A stretch of DNA of 64,000 bases from Eledone cirrhosa (Eukaryota): the NCBI GenBank assembly GCA_964016885.1, contig OZ024766.1:16368001-16432000 (forward strand), given 5' to 3'. The notes beneath the pieces are model-generated. The model was not told where the DNA came from, searched no databases, and worked only from the letters and a program-made list of their open reading frames with translations. The position numbers and the translations under genes are program-made. Below are positions 38,345-51,715 of this stretch, piece after piece; position 1 is the first letter of the stretch, and each line of letters begins with the position of its first letter.

Positions 38345-40322
38345 CTCTATACATATAGAAAATGGACAGAGTGTGTACTTCACTGAAACCACTGCTTATC
38401 AGTTGACACCAGCACCACCTGACACTACTCTAACTGCTTTTTTGGAACACTGCCAGAATAAAGAATTTCTTCGATCCCTCCTATATGCTGACATCCCAAA
38501 ATACTACAACTGACATTAGAAGAAGGGACTAGAAGGAGCAGTCACTGGAGTAGCCAGTTAAATAAGACAGCCATGGACACCTGTATGACAACTGACATTG
38601 GAAGAAGAGACTAGAAGGAGCAGTCACTGGAGTAGCCAGTTAAATAAGACAGCCATGGACTCCTGTATGACAACTGACATTGGAAGAAGGGACTAGAGGG
38701 AGCAGTCACTGCAGTAGCCAGTTAAATAAGACAGCCATGGACACCTGTATGACAACTGACATTGGAAGAAGAGACTAGAAGGGGCAGTCACTGGAGTAGC
38801 CAGTGAAATAAGACAGCCATGGACTCCTGTATGACAATTGACATTGGAAGAAGAGACTAGAAGGGGCAGTCACTGGAGTAGCCAGTGAAATAAGTCAGCC
38901 ATGGACACCTGTATGACAACTGACATTGGAAGAAGGGACTAGAAGGGGCAATCACTGGAGTAGCCAGTTAAATAAGACAGCCATGGACACCTGTATAACA
39001 ACTGACATTGGAAGAAGGGACTAGAAGGAACAGTCACTGGAGTAGCCAGTTAAATAAGACAGCCATGGACTCCTGTATGACAACTGACATTGGAAGAAGA
39101 GACTAGAAGGGGCAGTCACTGGAGTAGCCAGTTAAATAAGACAGCCATGGACTCCTGTATGACAACTGACATTGGAAGAAGAGACTAGAAGGAGCAGTCA
39201 CTGGAGTAGCCAGTTAAATAAGACAGCCATGGACACCTGTATGACAACTGACATTGGAAGAAGAAGAGACTAGAAGGAGCAGTCACTGGAGTAGCCAGTT
39301 AAATAAGACAGCCATGGACACCTGTATAACAACTGACATTGGAAGAAGGGACTAGAAGGAACAGTCACTGGAGTAGCCAGTTCAATAAGACAGCCATGGA
39401 CTCCTGTATGACAACTGAGATTGGAAGAAGAGACTAGAAGGAGCAGTCACTGGAGTAGCCAGTTAAATAAGACAGCCATGGACACCTGTATGACAACTGA
39501 CATTGGAAGAAGAGACTAGAAGGAGCAGTCACTGGAGTAGCCAGTTAAATAAGACAGCCATGGACACCTGTATAACAACTGACATTGGAAGAAGGGACTA
39601 GAAGGAACAGTCACTGGAGTAGCCAGTTAAATAAGACAGCCATGGACTCCTGTATGACAACTGAGATTGGAAGAAGAGACTAGAAGGAGCAGTCACTGGA
39701 GTAGCCAATTAAATAAGACAGCCATGGACTCCTGTATGACAACTGACATTCGAAGGAGAGACTAGGAGCAGTCACTGGAGTGGCCAATTAAATAAGACAG
39801 CCATGGACACCTGTATGACAACTGACATTGGAAGAAGGGACTAAAAGGAGCAGTCACTGTAGTAGCCAGTTAAATAAGACAGCCATGGACTCCTGTATGA
39901 CAACTGAGATTGGAAGAATGGACTAGAAGTAGCGGTCACTGGAGTAGCCAGTTAAATAAGACAGTTGTTTGCTACTATACTCACAGCATGTGGAATAGAT
40001 CTCATCTACCCTGGCAGGAGCACAAAAACAATATGTCAGACGACTATCTACACCTAGCCCAAAGACGTTATAGCAATATTTATGTGGAATCTACCTCCAG
40101 GATTTACCATCAACCTCTGTGCAACCTGTCCCATTGAATTCCAGCAATGAATAGCAATGCGGGATGCCAGAGCCAGAAGAAATTGAGGTAACACAATCAG
40201 TTTTTCAGGAGACAAACCATGATATTGAAGTGTTGCGTAAGTTTGTGGATGAAAATAAACCTTGACTGGTGGATGACCAGAAATATGCCTACCACAACAT
40301 CATGAAAAACATTCAACATGAC
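38345..40322 (+). mobile_element. Helitron Rep/helicase fragment (copy 2) interrupted by the 82-bp array
   Basis: HIENGQSVYF..DIPKYY, a ~270-bp deletion relative to copy 3, the array, then IRQLFATILTAC..WQEHKNNMSDDYL..LVDDQKYAY. Confidence 0.85.
38508..39964 (+). repeat. 82-bp satellite, ~18 copies
   Basis: Reverse complement of the unit at 1-16237. Confidence 0.97.
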
Positions 40323-41717
40323 AGCACCCAGCACTCACTGTAAATGAGGTTGGCATTAGGAAGGGCGTCCAGCTGTAGAAATCAAGCCAGAATCAGTTCC
40401 CGTCCCACCCTTGCAAGCAGGGAAAAAGCGGACGAGAAATGAAATGATGATGAATGATGATGTCCCTCCCATTTTTTCAATAGGGTCACTTTAACGAATC
40501 AAAAGATAAATAGCAGAAAAACAGGCCCTAAAATATATTTTCCGTGCTATTTCTAACTTCACCTTTTCTCTATATAGAGAGAGAGAGCAAGAGGACAATT
40601 TGTCATGTCTTCATTACATTTATTGAGCAGTGAAGCACGTTTTGCTATCGATCAGCTCAAGGTTTGATCTGTATTGATCTAGCCTGACTCTGGAATCAAA
40701 AGCTTGTCAGACTTCTGTTGTGGTAATAATGTTACAATCCCTAGATATCATCATCATCGATTAATGTCTATCTTCCTTGCTAGCATGGGTTGGACGTGTT
40801 TGTCGTATTTAGAAGCAAGTTAGGTCGGGTGACCGTGTCTCGCTCATATATATATATATATATAGCAGGCGCTGCAAAAAAAATCCGGAAACTAACCATG
40901 CATCCCAGACATGGCTTCATATGACCCAGGCGGGCAGGTGCAGCAAACAAACGTTGCATACCTGACCCTGTGCGTATCGACAATGGTAGGGTTGTAACCA
41001 TATCTTTTAACAGATAAAAAAATTTTCCGGGAAAGACTGCCCTAACACCAGCTAGAGTTACCTCCCTTGACCTACTGCAACATCAAAACACGCTTTTTTG
41101 CGTAGAATGAACTCTGACGTGAACTTATCTCTAAAAACACATTCTGGGCCATGTAAGGAACACTTTTTAGTTATTTATACCCTTGAGAAGCCCATCCAGG
41201 TGAAACGTACATCTTTTAACGGTCTGTTCTGCTATATTTTACTTTTCCACGTATATATATATTTATATATATATATATCAACTAGAAATTGATTGACATA
41301 TAAATAAACATATGAAACAATCACAGGGGATAATTTGTAAAAGTGTGTAAGCACACATAGCTAGGTAAGTAACTAAATAAATTTAACTAGAACTTCAAAA
41401 ATAGATACCTTAGAAAATGATTAATCTTCCTCGTATATATTCCATTAAAGAAATATATTTCACCAATTAATCGATTGGTAAACGACAGTAGCCAGATCTT
41501 GGATTCTCAACAAGGAAGAAGTCCAACCATCTGTGTTTACGCATCAAGTTCAAATCAGCGACTGACCAGTAACACGTGCTGTATCTACTAAAAATACACA
41601 CATCATACCAGCTTCGTCCCAGTTGCGTGAATAGGGTTATTCACAACTAGAAACAGCAGTCACGTCCTTTCAACAGAGTTATCTCTACAATTAAGGGGCC
41701 GTATTTATATATATATA

Positions 41718-41913
41718 TCCAAAATTAAGATAAATTAAAATAAAATTAATCTATATCAAATTATGGGTGTCATGCCAGAAAGACATGGGCCATATCACCC
41801 GTAAAATAAGCTCCATGGAGCTTATTTTACGGGTGATATGTCACATGTCTTTCTGGCATGACACCCATAATTTGATATAGATTAATTTTATTTTAATTTA
41901 TTTTAATTTTGTA
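41718..41913. repeat. 196-bp loop-less palindrome flanked by (TA)n
   Basis: Centre CCA|TGG at 41815/41816; arms are complementary with few mismatches. Confidence 0.95.
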
Positions 41914-42230
41914 TATATATATATAAATACAGAGAAAGAGAAGAGTAGACAACAGACAATGACAAAGAAGAGGAATTAACCACCCCAGTATTTCACTGGT
42001 ATTTCATTTATTGACCTCAAAATATCGAAGCAACTTTACCTCAGTGGGATTTGAACTCTGAGAACTAGAACAGACGCTGAAAATATATCAAGATGTGCAC
42101 ACATGTATATAAGAACACATATAAACATACACATACATATACACACACATATATACACAAATAAAGATAATCATTTTCATGGACAGAAATTTCTACACAC
42201 TGACATATACACTCATACATATATATATAT

Positions 42231-42353
42231 ATAGGAAAATGTTTAACCCCGATGGCAGAGCTCAAGCCATTTCGACGGTTATGTCTGGACTGTTTCCAGA
42301 AATAGCCGTCGAAACGGATTGAGCTCTGCCGTCGGGGTTAAACATTTTCCTAT
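42231..42353. repeat. 123-bp hairpin, copy 3
   Basis: Homolog of 23197-23319. Confidence 0.9.
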
Positions 42354-43232
42354 TACCCGCTCTACTACCCTAAGTATTGAGTACTCTGGTGCGTATATGG
42401 TCCATCTGGTTCTTTACCACACCTCCTTTGTTATATATATATATATATAAAATTATAAGAAACGAAAGGAGCTGTGTGGTTACTGTAAACAAAGTTTAAG
42501 ATGGTAATATGGATGAAAGGAGAAAATAAACCCTTCATCAGCTGTAAACCGAGATCATAGATGTTTTGGCACATATATATATATACAGTGTTTGTAAATT
42601 CTGTAACATACAGATTTGTCAGCACAAGTCTTGGTTACAACTTCTACAAATAAAATGAAAGGAGAATAATTTCAGAACAAACAAGTTTTATTCAAGACAT
42701 TAACAACATTGGTGGCACTATTTGGGGTGAGTGATATGGTTTTTATCTTGTCTGATTGTGTTTCTGTTACATTAAGTAACCTTATGTTGGTACCACAACA
42801 TTTAGAAAATGATTTACCACAGACATCACAGTGATAAGGTTCCTCTCCTGTATATGTTAGTGTCTAGTGAAGTCACATTTAGAGAATGATTTACTGCAGA
42901 TATCACAGTGATATGGTTCCTTTTCTGTAAATGTTAGTGCTGAGTGAAGTGACTTATTTCAGAGAATGATTTCCCACAGATATCACAGTGATATAGTTTC
43001 TCTCCTGTATATATATGTTTGTGTCTAGTTAAGCTAGCTTTTATAGATAACAATTTCCACAGATATCACAGTAATATGGCTTTTCTCCAGTATATATTTA
43101 TGTTTGTATGTAGTTAATGTAGCAATACAAGAGAATAATTTCTCCACAATATCAGTGGTATGGCTTCTCACTCATATGAATGTATTTGTGTCTAATTAAT
43201 ATACAATTTTGAGACAATGAGATATGACTTTG

Positions 43233-44258
43233 TTATGGTTTCTTACCTGTATGGGTATATTTGTGTTTAGTTAAATTACTTAATTGAGAGAATGATTTAC
43301 CACAGATATCACAGTGATGTGGCTTCTCTCCTGTATGGATACGTAAGTGTTGAGTTAAGGGACTACTTTGAGAGAATGATTTACCACAGATATCACAGCG
43401 ATATGGCTTCTCCCCTGTATGGATACGTAAGTGCTCAGTTAAATAACTTCTTCGAGAGAATGATTTACCACAGATATCACAGTGATATGGTTTGTCTCCT
43501 GTATGAGTACGTTTGTGTCTAGTTAAGGTACTACTATCAGAGAATGATTTACTACAGATATCACAGTGATATGGCTTGTCTCCTGTATGTATACGTTTGT
43601 GGCTAGTTAAGGTACTACTATCAGAGAATGATTTACCACAGATATCACAGTGATATGGCTTCTCTCCTGTATGGGTACGTTTGTGGCTAGTTAAGTGACC
43701 ACTTTGAGAGAATGATTTACCACAGATATCACAGTGATATGGCTTCTCACCTGTATGTATACTTTTGTGTCTAGTTAAATTACTATTAACAAAGAATGAT
43801 TTACCACAGATATCACAGTGATATGGCTTCTCTCCTGAATGGGTACGTTTGTGGCTAGTTAAACTAATATTATTAAAGAATGATTTACCACAGATATCAC
43901 AGTTATAAGGCTTCTCTCCTGTATGAGTACGTATGTGAGAAGTTAAATTACTACTAAAAGACAATGATTTACCACAGATATCACAGTGATAAGGCTTGTC
44001 TCCTGTATGTGTACGTTTGTGGCTAGTTAAAGTACTACTTACAGAGAATGATTTACCACAGATATCACAGTGATATGGTTTGTCACCTGTATGGGTACGT
44101 ATGTGACAAATTAATATACGACTTAGAGAGAATGATTTACCACAGACATCACAGTGATATGGCTTCTCTCCTCTATCCTTTGACATCTCTTCTGTAATAG
44201 CCATATCTTTAGACATTGTTTCACATTTAATCTTCTTTTCACTCAATTTATTTTCCAT
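43233..44258 (-). CDS. Poly-C2H2 zinc-finger protein, 341 aa, 11 fingers
   Basis: Intact ORF with the same leader and terminal finger as the other copies. Confidence 0.93.
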   Translation of the reverse strand: MENKLSEKKIKCETMSKDMAITEEMSKDRGEKPYHCDVCGKSFSLSRILICHIRTHTGDKPYHCDICGKSFSVSSTLTSHKRTHTGDKPYHCDICGKSLSFSSNLTSHIRTHTGEKPYNCDICGKSFFNNISLTSHKRTHSGEKPYHCDICGKSFFVNSNLTRHKSIHTGEKPYHCDICGKSFSQSGHLTSHKRTHTGEKPYHCDICGKSFSDSSTLTSHKRIHTGDKPYHCDICSKSFSDSSTLTRHKRTHTGDKPYHCDICGKSFSRRSYLTEHLRIHTGEKPYRCDICGKSFSQSSPLTQHLRIHTGEKPHHCDICGKSFSQLSNLTKHKYTHTGKKP

Positions 44259-44794
44259 AATAATTCTTCTTCCCTTGGCAGAATTTACAGATGTTATTCT
44301 TTAATATTTTTTATATTATATTCCTAAAAAATATTTCTTCCGTTATATTTCCCTCAATTATGATCTCAGTTAATACTTGAAGATGATGCAAACTTCTTTG
44401 TCATTGAAGCTGAGTTAAAATACAAAATATATCTCTCATATATACACCACACAGTGAAGAAAAGGAATTTTGTCTTTAAACTCAGTTCTGAGGAAATATA
44501 TCACAGTAATTCTGATAGATTTATATAAACAGTGTTATATAAGTTCTGTTTAAAAAGTTTTAATCTTCAAATGATGATAAATAGAGGTGATGTATCCAAG
44601 ATTGAAAATAATAATTTATCCCAATGTCATCTGATATTCTGAAATGAAAAAGAAACAGTATGAAATAATAGAGTATACTTAAGAAGCAGAGATAGATTAA
44701 ACAGTGGAAATTTCACATCTATAAACCCTAGAAACTTTTTATTGAAAAATCAAATTATTTTAGTTTTTAATTAGTTACAAGAAATCTTCCTCCA

Positions 44795-45390
44795 CACCTG
44801 CAACCATGAGTGCATCTGGGGTTCTCTTCTCTTCAGAGAGATGGATCCTCATGAGGTGGAGAGAATACTTTGCTGATCTCCCAAACCCGATCACAACAGC
44901 ATCTTCGGATGTACATGAGGTGAATCTGATAGCGGTGACTAATCTCTCGGAGGCTGAGGTCACAAGAGCAATTAAAGAGCTCAAATATGACCGACTCATG
45001 TGTGTCAGATGGCCTGGGTTTCTGAAATGGCACTCGGGAGTGATAATCCTAATTTATAAAAAGGGAGACACGAGAGATTGTTCCAAATAGAGAGGGATCA
45101 CCTTGTTAAGCCTCCCTGGTAAAGTCTATGCTAAGTTTCTGGCAAAGTGATGTAGCGAGTCCGAGCTAGCTGATGGACAGTGAAGTTTGCTCCCTGGGTG
45201 CAACATAACCCACCAAATATTCACACTGTGGCAGGTCTTTGAGAAATCGTGGGAGTATTGCTAAGAGGTATATATTATCGTTTTATAGACCTTGAAAATG
45301 CATATGATCGCATTCTTCAGGACCTGCTGAGCATACAGGAGTTCCCATGGGCAGCCAGTCTTAAACATCTCTGTTATAGGCTGCAGGATG
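44795..45390 (+). mobile_element. Old RTE fragment, copy 3
   Basis: Homolog of 18940-19535. Confidence 0.78.
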
Positions 45391-45459
45391 ATAATAACTA
45401 AGTGAGGGCTAAGAACAGAGCCCTGGTGGACACCAGACTACACTCCAAATTCTTCACTA

Positions 45460-45640
45460 TAATTGTTTCTATTTTAAACACAAGGCCAGCAATTACCCAG
45501 TACATTACTGGTACTTTATTTTATTGACCCGGTATGGATGTAAGGCAAAGTTAACCTCGGCTGGATTTGAACTCAGATCATAAAGGGACATAACTCTGTG
45601 CCTCAAAGCATGGTGTCCGACTCTCTACCGATACTGCCAC
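45460..45640 (-). mobile_element. tRNA-SINE, copy 3
   Basis: Homolog of 18691-18871. Confidence 0.8.
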
Positions 45641-45967
45641 TTCACTATAATGAATGTTAATCCTGACATTGCTGACTGCTCTTCTATACATGGCTTTATG
45701 ATCCTCTATACAAGACATGTATCAGACGGTTATTCAGCTAGCTCTTTAGAGTATTAGAACCTTATTATGTACAGCCACCAAGATCCCACACCAACAGATG
45801 TCCCTTCACGATCAAAGCAGTGCCCTGAAATACAGATACTCAACCCCTACTTGGCTGGCTAATCAGACATAATTATAATGAAATGAAACCCACAATAAAG
45901 TAATGTTCAACCATAAGTAGATGAAGTTAATTAAATTGTAAGAGATTTAGACTAAAACAGACAAAAT

Positions 45968-48900
45968 ATTAATTTACTTAAAGCAACAACAAGGTACAGC
46001 TAAATATAAACTATATTTTATAATGTAAGGTAGTGAACAAGTTAATTAAATAGACGGAGGTAATTTAAATAATAAATATATCTTTACTTTACTTAAAGCA
46101 ATAACAAGGTACAGCTAAATATAAACTATATTTTATAACGTAAGGTAGTGAACCACATAATTAAATAGACGGAGGTAATTTAAATAATAAATATATCTTT
46201 AATTTACTTAAAGCAATAACAAGGTACAGCTAAATATAAACTATATTTTATAATGTAAGGTAGTGAACAAGATAATTAAATAGATGGAGGTAATTTAAAG
46301 AATAAAAATATCTTTAACTTACTTAAAGCAATGACAAGGTACAGCTAAATATAAACTATATTTTATAATGTAAGGTAGTGAACAAGATAATTAAATTGAC
46401 GGAGGTAATTTAAATAATAAATATATCTTTAATTTACTTAAAGCAATGACAAGGTACAGCTAAATATAAAATATATTTTATAATGTAAGGTAGTGAACAA
46501 GATAATTAAATAGACGGAGGTAATTTAAATAATAAATATATCTTTAATTTACTTAAAGCAACAACAAGGTACAGCTAAATATAAACTATAATTTATAATG
46601 TAAGGTAGTGAACAAGATAATTAAATAAACGGAGGTAATTTAAATCATAAATATATCTTTAATTTACTTAAAGCAACAACAAGGTACAGCTAAATATAAA
46701 ATATATTTTATAATGTAAGGTAGTGAACAAGATAATTAAATAGACGGAGGTAATTTAAATAATAAATATATCTTTAATTTACTTAAAGCAATGACAAGGT
46801 ACAGTTAAATATAAACTATATTTTATAATGTAAGGTAGTGAACAAGATAATTAAATAGACGGAGGTAATTTAAATAATAAATATATCTTTAATTTACTTA
46901 AAGCAATGACAAGGTACAGCTAAATATAAAATATATTTTATAATGTAAGGTAGTGAACAAGATAATTAAATAGACGGAGGTAATTTAGATAATAAATACA
47001 TCTTTAATTTACTTAAAGCAATGACAAGGTACAGCTAAATATAAACTATATTTTATAATGTAAGGTAGTGAACAAGATAATTAAATAGACGGAGGTAATT
47101 TAAATAATAAATATATCTTTAATTTACTTAAAGCCATAACAAGGTACAGCTAAATATAAACTATATTTTATAATGTAAGGTAGTGAACAAGATAATTAAA
47201 TAGACGGAGGTAATTTAAATAATACATATATCTTTAATTTACTTAAAGCAATAACAAGGTATAGCTGAATATAAAATATATTTTATAATGTAAGGTAGTG
47301 AACAAGATAATTAAATAGACGGGGGTAATTTAAATAATAAATATATCTTTAATTTACTTAAAGCAACAACAAGGTACAGCTAAATATAAACTATATTTTA
47401 TAATGTAAGGTAGTGAACAAGATAATTAAATAGACGGAGGTAATTTAAATAATACATATATCTTTAATTTACTTAAAGCAATAACAAGGTACAGCTAAAT
47501 ATAAAATATATTTTATAATGTAAGGTAGTGAACAAGATAATTAAATAGATGGAGGTAATTTAGATAATAAATACATCTTTAATTTACTTAAAGCAATGAC
47601 AAGGTACAGCTAAATATAAACTATATTTTATAATGTAAGGTAGTGAACAAGATAATTAAATAGACGGAGGTAATTTAAATAATAAATATATCTTTAATTT
47701 ACTTAAAGCAACAACAAGGTACAGCTAAATATAAACTGTATTTTATAATGTAAAGTAGTGAACCACATAATTAAATAGACGGAGGTAATTTAAATAATAA
47801 ATATAGCTTTAACTTACTTAAAGCAATGACAAGGTACAGCTAAATATAAACTATATTTTATAATGTAAGGTAGTGAACCACATAATTAAATAGACGGAGG
47901 TAATTTAAATAATAAATATATCTTTAATTTACTTAAAGCAATGACAAGGTACAGCTAAATATAAACTATATTTTATAATGTAAGGTAGTGAACAAGATAA
48001 TTAAATTGACGGAGGTAATTTAAATAATAAATATATCTTTAATTTACTTAAAGCAATGACAAGGTACAGCTAAATATAAAATATATTTTATAATGTAAGG
48101 TAGTGAACAAGATAATTAAATAGACGGAGGTAATTTAAATAATAAATATATCTTTAATTTACTTAAAGCAACAACAAGGTACAGCTAAATATAAACTATA
48201 ATTTATAATGTAAGGTAGTGAACAAGATAATTAAATAGACGGAGGTAATTTAAATAATAAATATATCTTTAATTTACTTAAAGCAACAACAAGGTACAGC
48301 TAAATATAAACTATATTTTATAATGTAAGGTAGTGAACAAGATAATTAAATAGACGGAGGTAATTTAAAGAATAAAAATATCTTTAACTTACTTAAAGCA
48401 ATGACAAGGTACAGCTAAATATAAACTATATTTTATAATGTAAGGTAGTGAACAAGATAATTAAATAGACGGAGGTAATTTAAAGAATAAAAATATCTTT
48501 AATTTACTTAAAGCAATGACAAGGTACAGCTAAATATAAACTATATTTTATAATGTAAGGTAGTGAACAAGATAATTAAATTGACGGAGGTAATTTAAAT
48601 AATAAATATATCTTTAATTTACTTAAAGCAATGACAAGGTACAGCTAAATATAAAATATATTTTATAATGTAAGGTAGTGAACAAGATAATTAAATAGAC
48701 GGAGGTAATTTAAATAATAAATATATCTTTAATTTACTTAAAGCAATGACAAGGTACAGTTAAATATAAACTATATTTTATAATGTAAGGTAGTGAACAA
48801 GATAATTAAATAGACGGAGGTAATTTAGATAATAAATACATCTTTAATTTACTTAAAGCAATGACAAGGTACAGCTAAATATAAACTATATTTTATAATG

Positions 48901-51372
48901 TAAGGTAGTGAACAAGATAATTAAATAGACGGAGGTAATTTAAATAATAAATATATCTTTAATTTACTTAAAGCAACAACAAGGTACAGCTAAATATAAA
49001 CTGTATTTTATAATGTAAAGTAGTGAACCACATAATTAAATAGACGGAGGTAATTTAAATAATAAATATAGCTTTAACTTACTTAAAGCAATGACAAGGT
49101 ACAGCTAAATATAAACTATATTTTATAATGTAAGGTAGTGAACCACATAATTAAATAGACGGAGGTAATTTAAATAATAAATATATCTTTAATTTACTTA
49201 AAGCAATGACAAGGTACAGCTAAATATAAACTATATTTTATAATGTAAGGTAGTGAACAAGATAATTAAATTGACGGAGGTAATTTAAATAATAAATATA
49301 TCTTTAATTTACTTAAAGCAATGACAAGGTACAGCTAAATATAAAATATATTTTATAATGTAAGGTAGTGAACAAGATAATTAAATAGACGGAGGTAATT
49401 TAAATAATAAATATATCTTTAATTTACTTAAAGCAACAACAAGGTACAGCTAAATATAAACTATAATTTATAATGTAAGGTAGTGAACAAGATAATTAAA
49501 TAGACGGAGGTAATTTAAATAATAAATATATCTTTAATTTACTTAAAGCAACAACAAGGTACAGCTAAATATAAACTATATTTTATAATGTAAGGTAGTG
49601 AACAAGATAATTAAATAGACGGAGGTAATTTAAAGAATAAAAATATCTTTAACTTACTTAAAGCAATGACAAGGTACAGCTAAATATAAACTATATTTTA
49701 TAATGTAAGGTAGTGAACAAGATAATTAAATAGACGGAGGTAATTTAAAGAATAAAAATATCTTTAATTTACTTAAAGCAATGACAAGGTACAGCTAAAT
49801 ATAAACTATATTTTATAATGTAAGGTAGTGAACAAGATAATTAAATTGACGGAGGTAATTTAAATAATAAATATATCTTTAATTTACTTAAAGCAATGAC
49901 AAGGTACAGCTAAATATAAAATATATTTTATAATGTAAGGTAGTGAACAAGATAATTAAATAGACGGAGGTAATTTAAATAATAAATATATCTTTAATTT
50001 ACTTAAAGCAATGACAAGGTACAGTTAAATATAAACTATATTTTATAATGTAAGGTAGTGAACAAGATAATTAAATAGACGGAGGTAATTTAGATAATAA
50101 ATACATCTTTAATTTACTTAAAGCAATGACAAGGTACAGCTAAATATAAACTATATTTTATAATGTAAGGTAGTGAACAAGATAATTAAATAGACGGAGG
50201 TAATTTAAATAATAAATATATCTTTAATTTACTTAAAGCAACAACAAGGTACAGCTAAATATAAACTGTATTTTATAATGTAAAGTAGTGAACCACATAA
50301 TTAAATAGACGGAGGTAATTTAAATAATAAATATAGCTTTAACTTACTTAAAGCAATGACAAGGTACAGCTAAATATAAACTATATTTTATAATGTAAGG
50401 TAGTGAACCACATAATTAAATAGACGGAGGTAATTTAAATAATAAATATATCTTTAATTTACTTAAAGCAATGACAAGGTACAGCTAAATATAAACTATA
50501 TTTTATAATGTAAGGTAGTGAACAAGATAATTAAATTGACGGAGGTAATTTAAATAATAAATATATCTTTAATTTACTTAAAGCAATGACAAGGTACAGC
50601 TAAATATAAAATATATTTTATAATGTAAGGTAGTGAACAAGATAATTAAATAGACGGAGGTAATTTAAATAATAAATATATCTTTAATTTACTTAAAGCA
50701 ACAACAAGGTACAGCTAAATATAAACTATAATTTATAATGTAAGGTAGTGAACAAGATAATTAAATAGACGGAGGTAATTTAAATAATAAATATATCTTT
50801 AATTTACTTAAAGCAACAACAAGGTACAGCTAAATATAAACTATATTTTATAATGTAAGGTAGTGAACAAGATAATTAAATAGACGGAGGTAATTTAAAG
50901 AATAAAAATATCTTTAACTTACTTAAAGCAATGACAAGGTACAGCTAAATATAAACTATATTTTATAATGTAAGGTAGTGAACAAGATAATTAAATAGAC
51001 GGAGGTAATTTAAAGAATAAAAATATCTTTAATTTACTTAAAGCAATGACAAGGTACAGCTAAATATAAAATATATTTTATAATGTAAGGTAGTGAACAA
51101 GATAATTAAATAGACGGAGGTAATTTAAATAATAAATATATCTTTAACTTACTTAAAGCAATGACAAGGTACAGCTAAATATAAACTATATTTTATAATG
51201 TAAAGTAGTGAACAAGATAATTAAATAGACGGAGGTAATTTAAATAATAAATACATCTTTAATTTACTTAAAGCAATGACAAGGTACAGCTAAATATAAA
51301 CTATATTTTATAATGTAAGGTAGTGAACAAGTTAATTAAATAGACGGAGGTAATTTAAATAATAAAGATATC
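45968..51372 (-). repeat. 115-bp satellite, ~47 copies (last unit resumes at 55471-55583)
   Basis: Period 115 (aagca at 46211, 46326, 46441, 46556). Confidence 0.97.
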
Positions 51373-51658
51373 TGTGGGTATGGTGTGGGGTGCGGTGGCC
51401 GGAGTGCTCGACCGGAAGGGGTTTTTGAGTGCTCGACAGGAAGGGGTCTTTGACCGGAAGGATGCTCGACCGGAAGGGCCAGGAGAGGGCCTCAGCATAC
51501 GGTGAGGACGCGTTTTGGGCAGCTTCCGGTGTTAAGCAGTCGGACGCACGTGGAAGAGGAGTACCTGCAGTGGAATTTAGCGGCGCCTGTGAAAAGCGGT
51601 AAGTGAGATAGCTTTTTCTAACCACAAGTTATTTCGGCGACTGAATAAAAAAAAGAAG

Positions 51659-51691
<33 letters not shown>

Positions 51692-51715
51692 ACTTGCCGC
51701 AAAACAAATCAGAAG

